DNA of 64,000 bases. It comes from Candidatus Latescibacterota bacterium. GTDB taxonomy: Bacteria > Latescibacterota > UBA2968. The DNA lies in the NCBI GenBank assembly GCA_965116885.1, contig OZ220741.1:851076-915075 (forward strand), read 5' to 3'. This document shows positions 1 through 7,912 of the stretch, one piece after another. The notes below the pieces were generated by a model. That model was not told the DNA's origin and made no database searches. It saw only the letters and a program-made list of their open reading frames with translations. Made by a program: the position numbers and the translations under genes. Position 1 is the stretch's first letter, and each line of letters opens with the position of its first letter.

Positions 1-123
1 GTATCATCGCGAACCTGTGCTGGCAAGTCTGTTATCCAAAAACAAACGAGTATCATCGCGATGCGACTGGTCCATTTCATGGGTTATCCTATCGTTAAAA
101 CCCATACATTTCGGGTGCTGGAT

Positions 124-731
124 TTAGCAATATTGCGCGTGGGGATCCGGTATGCTTTGGAAGCGTTGGCAGTAATCCCATAAAACAAAATCAACCATCC
201 GTTTTTCCATATCGTATTCATTGGCAAGATACGCAACAAGTTCATCAACTGTAGTTGAGCACGCTTCAGCACAACTTTCAAGCCAAACATCTGGCTTGGC
301 CGTGTCTTGCAAGCCAATGTTCATTGCGAGGTGATACTTCGTCACATCTCCGATCCAAGGAAGCTCTTGTAGCACATCCATACCACCTCCGCTTACCCTC
401 GATTTGAAACCGTCAAACCCTTCCTTGGCAATCATTTTGCAGCCTTTGAGGAAGTTATCCGCTTTAAGTTTATTCTGTATGGGAAGGGCGTCTCTCTTGA
501 TCGGCTTGAGATCGGCCAGGGCGTCGAGATCGAAATTTTTGAAGACAACAGTAATCGCCGGGAACTTGGCCTTAACAATCTTATTCCTGAAGCCGCTTGC
601 AAAAACGACCCAACAGTATTTTTCTAAAAGTCAGTCGCGCTGAGTTTATCAAAGTCGAGAAATGTCCGTGCATTAACATCAACTTTAACGCGAGCAACTT
701 CGAACATTCTTTTAGCTTTTTCCTTGTCCAT
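124..731 (-). pseudogene. HhH-GPD-like DNA glycosylase-family gene, apparently split by a 1-nt frameshift
   Basis: A minus-strand ATG at 731 has GAGGAG just upstream. It opens MDKEKAKRMFEVARVKVDVNARTFLDFDKLSATDF, which stops at TAG 626-624 inside a T4 run. The neighbouring frame stays open from 623 (LEKYCWVVFASGFRNK...) into the listed 124..435 ORF, but has no ATG/GTG/TTG before 435. The HhH-like motif LQELPWIGDVTKYHLAMNIGL followed by AKPD resembles HhH-GPD/Tag-type glycosylases. Confidence 0.4.
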
Positions 732-773
732 AACCTGCTTACTCTCCTCAATAGCTAATGCTGTGTGGTGAAA

Positions 774-795
774 TTGTACTCCATTTGTACTCCAT
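774..795. repeat. Perfect 11-bp tandem duplication TTGTACTCCAT x2 in the intergenic region upstream of the glycosylase-like gene
   Basis: Read directly: ttgtactccat at 774-784 and again at 785-795. Confidence 0.9.
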
Positions 796-852
796 AGCGA
801 TTGTCTTCACTCCTGCGCCCTGCAATTACCTTTTCGCCCAGGCTAGTGTCTT

Positions 853-2031
853 TTATTTTTCTTTCCCTACCGTCAACGTCACATCGGGGATCGAAGTCCT
901 TATTTCGTACGAGGCACGCAAGTTTATCACTTGTCGCGTGCGGTCAATCTCTGCAGCCAGGAGTTCAGCGTCGGGCAGTGTAGTTCGATACTCGGCTGGC
1001 ATTACATTGTTCGTCAACCCTCCGAGCGCGTACCGGGCAACGGCTTCGTTTTTCTCCGAGCAGAGAATTAGTCCTACGGGCGGGTTTTCATCCTCGTGCG
1101 TCCAGTGTTCCCGTGCATAGTTAAGATAGAGGTTCATTTGTCCAGCGTCGGCGTGAGTGAATTTTCCGAGTTTCAAGTCAATGACCACCAGACACCGCAG
1201 ACGACGATGATAAAACAGCAAATCTACCCGATACCACTCGTCGCCAACACGCAGACGTTTTTGCCTGCCCATGAAGCAGAAATCCCCGCCCAATTCCATA
1301 AGAAAAGTCTCCAGGTGAGAGATTAACGCTTCTTCCAGGTCGCTTTCAGAGTATTCGTCCTTGAGATCGAGAAATTCGAGAACGAATGGATCTTTGATTT
1401 CCTCTTCGGGGAGAACGCGGTCTTCAGATTGTGCCTTCTGGCCTTTGGTCAGCATGGCGGCTTTGTTCTTTGAGAGAGCCGTGCGCTCGTAGAACTGGGA
1501 ATTGATCTGCCGGTTGAGCTGGCGAACCGACCATCCTCCGCGCAGGGCCTCGGTTTCGTAGAACTCACGGGCGTTTATATTCTTCACAGAAAGCAATCGC
1601 ACATAAGCGGACCACGAAAGAGGAAAGCGTGAGGCGATACTGGCCAAAGAAGATTCCGTTGATGTCGCTGGCAGCAGATTTTCGCTGGATTCAGATTCTC
1701 CAGACAGTGTCTGGAGAATTTGCTCAGGTGGATACGATTGGTAGAACAGACGCATCTGCCAGATATTCTGACGAGAAAACCCACGACCGAATCTTTCTGT
1801 GAGATCAACGGCCAGTCTTTCAACAAGTGCAGTTCCGTATTCGGCTCTCTCCTCACCTGACTGCTCAAATTCCACGACGTGCTGCCCGATCATCCAATAC
1901 GCAGCCGTCATAACAGCGTTTACTGAACGAGCAGCAGTTCGCCTCGCCTCGTCGATAATACTGGATACATCACCAAAGATGGACTGGTACTGGACCTCAA
2001 GCTCGTCAGCTTTGACCATTGGCTTTTTCAT
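853..2031 (-). CDS. YhcG/DUF1016-family PD-(D/E)xK nuclease
   Basis: 392-aa ORF. The N-terminal part (YWMIGQHVVEFEQ ... RGFSRQNIWQMRLFY) and the C-terminal core (GDEWYRVDLLFYHRRLRCLVVIDLKLGKF, i.e. D...(D/E)xK) match the DUF1016/YhcG family as I remember it. GGAGA lies upstream of the ATG. Confidence 0.85.
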   Translation of the reverse strand: MKKPMVKADELEVQYQSIFGDVSSIIDEARRTAARSVNAVMTAAYWMIGQHVVEFEQSGEERAEYGTALVERLAVDLTERFGRGFSRQNIWQMRLFYQSYPPEQILQTLSGESESSENLLPATSTESSLASIASRFPLSWSAYVRLLSVKNINAREFYETEALRGGWSVRQLNRQINSQFYERTALSKNKAAMLTKGQKAQSEDRVLPEEEIKDPFVLEFLDLKDEYSESDLEEALISHLETFLMELGGDFCFMGRQKRLRVGDEWYRVDLLFYHRRLRCLVVIDLKLGKFTHADAGQMNLYLNYAREHWTHEDENPPVGLILCSEKNEAVARYALGGLTNNVMPAEYRTTLPDAELLAAEIDRTRQVINLRASYEIRTSIPDVTLTVGKEK

Positions 2032-2180
2032 TTCGTCGTGTCTCCATGAATGTGCTGTCGAACCGGACGAATCGCCCCATCCACTTTTTGAATATAATGA
2101 TAAATGCCTATTTGCAATTTACTCGAAAAAACAGGGGGTTTCAAGGTCATTTTTGAGTATAAAGATTATTTGCAAAATTT

Positions 2181-2213
2181 AAGACCAATCAGACAATGAT
2201 GCTGATTGGTCTT
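2181..2213 (-). terminator. Hairpin downstream of the 231-aa gene (possible intrinsic terminator)
   Basis: 12-bp perfect stem aagaccaatcag / ctgattggtctt with a 9-nt loop. On the minus strand it is followed by only a moderately T-rich tract. Confidence 0.4.
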
Positions 2214-2267
2214 TGTACGACAAAATAAGGCCCTATCTCCACCTTTTACCGTAGATTTCCCTTAACT

Positions 2268-2963
2268 CTAATATGGCAGTTCAATACCTGTCTCTTTCAG
2301 CAACATTCGGCCCAGAGATGAAATATCTATCCGAGCCTTGAACTCGCCTGCCTGCAAATCGAATGGAGGGTACTCTCCTCTTTTTACACCGTCGTATTTG
2401 CGTCGAAGGAGTCCTAGCCTGAGTAGGTTTTGCTTGCCGAGGTTATAGAGTTCCGCTCTATCTACTTCTTCCCGAGACGATCCTGAGGTAACCGGTGGTG
2501 GTTGGTCAATGTTGTCCCAAGCGTTGGAACCAAGATCCGGGTATGATTGACCGTAGGCATTGAGCAGAAGGAATTCGTCGTCATCGATTTCGCCGAACAG
2601 ATCAAGTAGTCGTTTTCTTCTTATGAGGTCCACCTCATCTTCCCTCAACCCGCGAAACACGATCTCCGCAATTTTTGTAATGCGATCAGATGTTGTTGCC
2701 CGTGCCGCAAAGAATCCGCCGGATTCAATCAGATCAATTTTCTCGACGTCAGCCAAGATGTGTTCGACTTTCTCTTTTTCCAGCGTCTCAAGTCTCGCAT
2801 TAAGCTGCCGAAGATACTCGACGATGCGGTCCTGCCTCAGCCGAGGAATTGCTTCGGTAATCAGTTCGGCCAGCGGCCCACCAATGACAGGCACAAGGCT
2901 TGCCGCGGTCTTCGTGACGGATGCAATGTTGTCACGCAAGTTTTTATCCAATTGATCAGACAT
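2268..2963 (-). CDS. Hypothetical protein (231 aa), function unknown, directly downstream of the CBASS operon
   Basis: Clean ORF in the same orientation as CBASS, separated from it by 177 nt. I recognise no TM helix, nucleotide-binding motif or catalytic motif. Predicted helical N-terminal half (…LVPVIGGPLAELITEAIPRLRQDRIVEYLRQL…). Confidence 0.6.
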   Translation of the reverse strand: MSDQLDKNLRDNIASVTKTAASLVPVIGGPLAELITEAIPRLRQDRIVEYLRQLNARLETLEKEKVEHILADVEKIDLIESGGFFAARATTSDRITKIAEIVFRGLREDEVDLIRRKRLLDLFGEIDDDEFLLLNAYGQSYPDLGSNAWDNIDQPPPVTSGSSREEVDRAELYNLGKQNLLRLGLLRRKYDGVKRGEYPPFDLQAGEFKARIDISSLGRMLLKETGIELPY

Positions 2964-3140
2964 GCAAGGTCCCTCTTATTGGTCTAAATATCGACAAGAG
3001 TGCATTACTGTAATAGCCTACACTATGGATGGTTTACAACTGGCTGTATCTCAAGCCTGTTCACCTTCTTGCGGACTCGACAAGGCAGGTATGCGTTATA
3101 GACATGGACGAAATTTTCCAAATTAGTTTCAACAAGCCAT

Positions 3141-3875
3141 TCACCGCTTAATCATTTTGTTGAGAATGCGCCGAATTTGACGTTCAAGCGGCTCAGGAAT
3201 TTGTAGATTTTCCGACTTGATCATAGCAATACAAACATCAAGTACCGCAACAAAATCGTTCTGTAAGATACGTGCCGTGTGTAGCTTGTGGAGATCTCGC
3301 AGAGCTTGACCGTGGCATTTGCGGACTTTTTTGCCGCTACCGCACGGACAGGGATGGTGCCCGCGATAACCATACTCAATAAGGAAGGCAATGACAGCCA
3401 ATGCCGCTCGTTCGTCGGTCAATTCAAGAGTATCCATATAGTGCTGAACGATGCCTACTGCACCGTGTTCTGCCTCACCAAAGGGATGCGTACCATATTT
3501 CTTGTAATAGCAGTATCCGAAGAAGTACGGAATGAGGAGACGGTTTACAAATCCCAAGAGTGAGGGTTGTTGCCAGAAGATGCGGTGTTTTTCGATGGGG
3601 ATTCCAAGGCATAACGTACCGTCCCCGTTCAGGTGATCATAATCGCTATCGATCTTCCCACCGGTTTCACGGACGTACGGAAGATTCTCTGGGTAAATAT
3701 CGGGGATGGTGAGTTCGATTTCGAAGCACTCTACGATTGTGCTATGTCCATTAGCCGATGCCTCAAACGGCAATGGACCTGATAATATTGTCGCGTTTTC
3801 TGCTCTCGTGATTGCCGTCAGCCCACGGTGTACACATTGCAATTCGGCAATCTCGGCAACAAGTTCTTCTTTCAT
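3141..3875 (-). CDS. Prokaryotic E2-like (UBC-fold) protein with C-terminal SEC-C zinc motif; Cap2-short-like CBASS accessory
   Basis: DHLNGDGTLCLGIP matches the E2 active-site pattern HxN...G.(I/L)CL. HPCPCGSGKKVRKCHG is a textbook SEC-C motif. The start ATG directly abuts the CD-NTase stop (3876/3875). Confidence 0.7.
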   Translation of the reverse strand: MKEELVAEIAELQCVHRGLTAITRAENATILSGPLPFEASANGHSTIVECFEIELTIPDIYPENLPYVRETGGKIDSDYDHLNGDGTLCLGIPIEKHRIFWQQPSLLGFVNRLLIPYFFGYCYYKKYGTHPFGEAEHGAVGIVQHYMDTLELTDERAALAVIAFLIEYGYRGHHPCPCGSGKKVRKCHGQALRDLHKLHTARILQNDFVAVLDVCIAMIKSENLQIPEPLERQIRRILNKMIKR

Positions 3876-5081
3876 TTATGCTCTCCACGGCCTCGTCGAC
3901 GTCGACTTTGAGATATGGATTCTCGGAACGCTACTTTCCGCAGCCACGCCAGATGCGATCAGGTCAAAATGTTTGGAGACAACCGCCGCACCGAGCGTCG
4001 CAGAAAGCCGTTCGCGCAGAATATTGAGGTGTGGCTCTTCCAAAATATCGAAAAGGGTTTCTTTTAACGCTGCAACCCAACGAAAAAAGGCTCTTGCACG
4101 CGCATGATTATTCTCATGCCAACGATCAGCGAAATTCTCTTTGGAATTAACCGGATTACCAATATACCACCCACCGTCGGGCATGCGTTTAATGGGACTG
4201 TGGGGTGCCAAGCTTCTGTTCACAGTTCCGTTTTCAACGAGAACTGCATGTGCATGGAGCTGAGTGACAATACTGTGGAGTGCCGAGTAGATGTCAGGCT
4301 CGTCTTGGTAGAACTGCGCGGCGAGCGTAGTGATGATGATCGAGATAGGTGCGTATTTATTGTTCTGTTCATTGTCGAACATTATATCCCGATGTCGCTT
4401 CATGAGCTGAATCGAACGCTGGAGTGGCGTGCGGACGAGCGCGTCTGGAACATCGTCAATGCTCGCATAGATATGGGAACTCTGCGCCAGAATGGCCCGC
4501 TTCTGATCGGTTCGTGCGAATTCAAATGCTGCTTGGTTCTGGCGGTCAAACCAAAGTCCGTAGCCTTTGGGATCGCTGGCCGACCAGATATAAACATTTT
4601 CTTTTTTGTTCGTAATGGCGATGGCTGTATCGAGAAGTTGTTGGGGGTCAGGAACCGACGGTAGGACGTCAAGGTGAAATCCAATATCATCCTGTTCGGC
4701 ATACTCAAGTGTCCAGCACCGTTTGCCTTCTTCATCCAGCAACTTGCGGTACGTGCCGTGTTCCTTGAGGCGATTACCAACCATCAATTTCACAGATTGG
4801 GGAGTTGTCCAATGCTTTTCTATCGGCAATTCACATACAAGATCAATGTCGTAGCTAGCTTCGATACCGTCTCTTATGGGCCTGACGACGGTGCCAAGGC
4901 GAAAGGACCCTTGTGGATAAATGCTGGGTTCACCGGCGCAACCCGGATACTCACCACCCTCAAGATATTTGCCAACAGCCTGATAGCGATCAACCGCGTC
5001 TTGATATTTGCTCGGCGGAATGTCGATAGTTTCCGCAACCTTCTCTAAAAATCTTGAATATCTATTTTTATCAACCATCAT
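3876..5081 (-). CDS. cGAS/DncV-like nucleotidyltransferase (CD-NTase, SMODS domain)
   Basis: Pol-beta-type NTase signature: QGSFRLGT (G-S), YDIDLV (DxD) and a third acidic site HLDVLP. 401 aa. GGAG RBS. The start lies 2 nt after the patatin stop. Confidence 0.8.
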   Translation of the reverse strand: MMVDKNRYSRFLEKVAETIDIPPSKYQDAVDRYQAVGKYLEGGEYPGCAGEPSIYPQGSFRLGTVVRPIRDGIEASYDIDLVCELPIEKHWTTPQSVKLMVGNRLKEHGTYRKLLDEEGKRCWTLEYAEQDDIGFHLDVLPSVPDPQQLLDTAIAITNKKENVYIWSASDPKGYGLWFDRQNQAAFEFARTDQKRAILAQSSHIYASIDDVPDALVRTPLQRSIQLMKRHRDIMFDNEQNNKYAPISIIITTLAAQFYQDEPDIYSALHSIVTQLHAHAVLVENGTVNRSLAPHSPIKRMPDGGWYIGNPVNSKENFADRWHENNHARARAFFRWVAALKETLFDILEEPHLNILRERLSATLGAAVVSKHFDLIASGVAAESSVPRIHISKSTSTRPWRA

Positions 5082-5083
5082 TA

Positions 5084-6091
5084 TTACTCCTTGTTAAGTT
5101 GGTAAACCGGCGTGAATGCATCCGCCGGCTGATCAAAGAAAACGAGATCAAGAATGGGTTGTCGGTCACGAGCTTTCGTATGGCCGAGACCTTTCAATTT
5201 TTGGATAACCCGCGTGTCGTCCATCTTGTAAGTATCCTTGGAGACGGTGTGATCGATCCGATGTATGGCAGTTCGATCGTGTTCGTCCCCGGTGAGTAAT
5301 TTGGCGATGCCCATCGCACCATGCGACTGGCCATCCATGAACAACTTTACGATATTTGTACCAAGGGTCCCGATCCCGGCCCTCTCGGGAATGGTGTAGG
5401 TCTCTGCCAGACACCCCAAGCTCAGGATGTGAAGGGAGTCTCTTGGCCAGTCTAGCACGGTTGTGGCTTCAACCGCGGCAATGCCGATCGGATTGTTCGC
5501 CCAGACCCCGCCGTCAAGGAGCCCAACATCGTGCTGTGTGATGTGGTGTTGGAAATAGGTTGGCGCAGCGGATGTGGCAAGGGCGGCATCGACGGCCGGG
5601 GATCGATAATCATTCTTCAGACGAGGATGATGGGCTGTCTTGTAGATATAAACGCACCGCGCAACCGGATTCCAGGCAGGAACCATAAGGCGGGTCGTTG
5701 CTTCGCCAATGCGCTTGTTGCCGAAAACGTCCTGAAGTGCACTACGTAGCGCATTAGAATCGTACTTCCGTCGGTAGAGCCATTGGATACCACGAAGTTT
5801 TCTATAGGCAAAACCTTGTAGCGCGTCATGATTCTGTCCGAAGACGTCAGGCCCGCATTTTTCGTAAAGGTCAAGGAGTTTTGTGGCGGGAAGGCCCATA
5901 GCCAGTCCGATGGCGAGAATTCCGCCGGTTGATGTACCGGCGATCAGGTCGAAATACGCACCAATTGGATATTTGAGATGTTGTTCCAGTGCCGCAAGAA
6001 AGGCCGCCGGAAAGGTGCCGAGAATACCCCCACCGTCAATAGAGAGAATGCGGCGTTTCGGTTCTTGTTGATATTGTTTTTCCTCTATCAT
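5084..6091 (-). CDS. capV: Patatin-like phospholipase (CapV-like CBASS effector)
   Basis: ILSIDGGGILG (oxyanion hole), GTSTGG (GxSxG serine) and LLDGGVWANNP (dyad Asp). I place the start at ATG 6091 (MIEEKQYQ..., GAGGA upstream) rather than the longest ORF start at 6244. Confidence 0.85.
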   Translation of the reverse strand: MIEEKQYQQEPKRRILSIDGGGILGTFPAAFLAALEQHLKYPIGAYFDLIAGTSTGGILAIGLAMGLPATKLLDLYEKCGPDVFGQNHDALQGFAYRKLRGIQWLYRRKYDSNALRSALQDVFGNKRIGEATTRLMVPAWNPVARCVYIYKTAHHPRLKNDYRSPAVDAALATSAAPTYFQHHITQHDVGLLDGGVWANNPIGIAAVEATTVLDWPRDSLHILSLGCLAETYTIPERAGIGTLGTNIVKLFMDGQSHGAMGIAKLLTGDEHDRTAIHRIDHTVSKDTYKMDDTRVIQKLKGLGHTKARDRQPILDLVFFDQPADAFTPVYQLNKE

Positions 6092-6453
6092 TATTTTCCT
6101 CAACAGGGTAATGCCGGTTGTTATCAAGTAAGCAGATCGCCATGGAGTTCTTCTGCACGTCGTTAATGCAACTTCGAGCATATTACCGGCAGGAATTATA
6201 TTATCAGACTCTTTGCATGTTAAATGTTTTGCAACACTAAACAATTAACATAAAAAAAACGGAGACAAATGTCAAGGTCAATCATGCGTCACTCCTGTCA
6301 GTCACCGCCGACAGCCTACGGGTCCTTATTCCACTAACTTGAGGACAAGATATACAACCAAGGGTGGGATGTCTAAGATACGGTATTATCACGGATTGAT
6401 AAGGCATGTATAGTCGGTTAGTCGTAGCATACTTCTTACCCGTTTTTTAATCC

Positions 6454-7122
6454 TTAATTTACATATAGATTTAACCTATCTATCATATCCCCTGTGGTAT
6501 CGCGCACCAGTTGTGTCTGCTTTAACCGAATCATCATCGCCTGTATGGACACGCCAAAAGTTTTATTGAAATTTCTAGCCACATGGTTGAGGCAGTCTTC
6601 ATATTGGCTAAACCGTGTGCCCCGCTTAAACGAATAGGCTTCTTTTCCGTAATATTCACGTACTGCTTGAGCCAGAAGATTACGAGGCATTAATATACAC
6701 GCAGCAGTGAAATCAGCCTGTAATTCTTCTCTTTTTTTCTTTTGGGAATCTCGGCAGATAATATTTGCGCTCGTGGTACCAAAGAAATTTATTTGATTGG
6801 GATTGGGCATAAAAAACTCTCTGTGTAGCTCCCAGTGTGCTACTTCATGAGCCGCAGTAAAATTAAATCTTCCGACTTCTCTTTCAAGGGAACTGTCAAT
6901 CACGATTCGACGTTCTAAGAAGTAAATTCCACCTAAAATATCCGAACATTCCAGTTCATCTCTAAGATTGTCAATCTCAAGAGATAATTTTAGGTGGCTT
7001 TCGATAATGTCATCTATAGGGATTGGTAGGCCCAGTTGACCCCGATCTTGTTTGTATTCAAGCAAAAGTTTTTGGGCTACTGCCTCCATCTCATCGTATG
7101 TTAAGTAAGGGACGACAACCAC
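6454..7122 (-). CDS. ImmA/IrrE-family zinc metallopeptidase (CapP-like)
   Basis: HEVAHWELH (HExxH) followed by ELQADFTAACILMP, the typical ImmA/IrrE layout. GTG start with AGGAG 7 nt upstream, 18 nt after the HTH gene. Confidence 0.8.
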   Translation of the reverse strand: MVVVPYLTYDEMEAVAQKLLLEYKQDRGQLGLPIPIDDIIESHLKLSLEIDNLRDELECSDILGGIYFLERRIVIDSSLEREVGRFNFTAAHEVAHWELHREFFMPNPNQINFFGTTSANIICRDSQKKKREELQADFTAACILMPRNLLAQAVREYYGKEAYSFKRGTRFSQYEDCLNHVARNFNKTFGVSIQAMMIRLKQTQLVRDTTGDMIDRLNLYVN

Positions 7123-7140
7123 AAGTACACTCCTAAACCA

Positions 7141-7500
7141 TTATTGTTTACGCCGATTTCTTGTATCGTCTATTAACTGATCCCATTCGGTGGACGAAAG
7201 ATTCTGTTGAGCAATTGTTCGCATCAATTCTGGTAACTTTTCTTTGTAAATTTTATTTTTTTTATAGGTTTCTTCGATATCGGGGTGCACCCGATGATCC
7301 ACAAGACTAAAAATTTCATCTTTGTCTTTATCATAAACTTTTGCGATCTGTAAAAGTTTATCAGCTTGGGGTGAATTCTCCTTGTTATTTTCAAGTCGGC
7401 TCAGATAGGTTGCTGAAATTCCAATCCTTTTAGCGGACTCTCGCAAACCAAGACGCAAATCAAGCCGCCACTGTTTGATAGTTTCTCCAAATGTAGCCAT
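7141..7500 (-). CDS. XRE-family helix-turn-helix regulator (CapH-like)
   Basis: N-terminal GETIKQWRLDLRLGLRESAKRIGISATYLSRLENNKE is a canonical XRE HTH. 119 aa. GGAGGA RBS. Confidence 0.8.
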   Translation of the reverse strand: MATFGETIKQWRLDLRLGLRESAKRIGISATYLSRLENNKENSPQADKLLQIAKVYDKDKDEIFSLVDHRVHPDIEETYKKNKIYKEKLPELMRTIAQQNLSSTEWDQLIDDTRNRRKQ

Positions 7501-7521
7501 GCTTTATCCTCCACAGCTTGC

Positions 7522-7537
7522 AGTGTAATGTAACACT
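7522..7537. promoter_or_regulatory. Imperfect palindrome upstream of the HTH gene (candidate autoregulatory operator)
   Basis: AGTGTAATGTAACACT: arms AGTGT/ACACT are perfect and the extended arms have one mismatch. It lies about 20 nt upstream of the start codon at 7500. Confidence 0.25.
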
Positions 7538-7912
7538 AAACAAATATAAAGTCAAGATATTTTCAGAAAAATACTGCGGATAGTGAACTTGCCGGAGTTG
7601 TTTGGCACCACAAGCACATTGAACCTCTGAAGACTGACCGAATTGGACTTAATCCGTTTTAGTGGACAACTTATCTTTTTCAGAGAAAGGAGTCCACAAT
7701 CACAATAAAAAGAAAAAGATCATATCCAACAGCATTTCGTCAGCAAGTTGTGAGCTTCAAACCGCCTTGTTGAGATTCACACCGACCCTATTGACTTGTT
7801 CAAGAAAGAAATCCAAAAGATTGATCCTCCCTGAGCCTTTAAGTCTCTGTGCACAAATTTTTTACTCGAAAACGCATTCTGGCAACGCCGCTACATCACC
7901 CGCCGCGTAGAA

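Noticed and set aside
1-61. 12-nt direct repeat GTATCATCGCGA at 1-12 and 50-61, considered as a possible CRISPR or array end at the left window edge.
   Set aside because: Only two copies exist, only 12 nt are shared, the 49-nt period is too short for CRISPR, and the flanks do not match. It cannot be assessed further because the window starts here.
1-183. Plus-strand frame 1 is open from the window start to TAA at 181-183, possibly the 3-prime end of a gene lying to the left.
   Set aside because: No recognisable protein features are present, and it would overlap the convergent glycosylase-like gene by 60 nt. That is insufficient evidence to call a CDS.
5084-6244. Longest-ORF start (6244) for the patatin gene, adding 51 N-terminal residues.
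   Set aside because: The extension has no similarity to patatin N-termini. The ATG at 6091 has a GAGGA RBS and starts just before the GGGxxG motif.
7501-7912. 412-nt gene-free region scanned for tRNA, attachment-site or small-RNA features.
   Set aside because: I could find no cloverleaf-like structure, long hairpin or repeat by eye. The small ORF 7662-7910 is low-complexity and lacks an RBS. It is left unannotated apart from the palindrome at 7522-7537.
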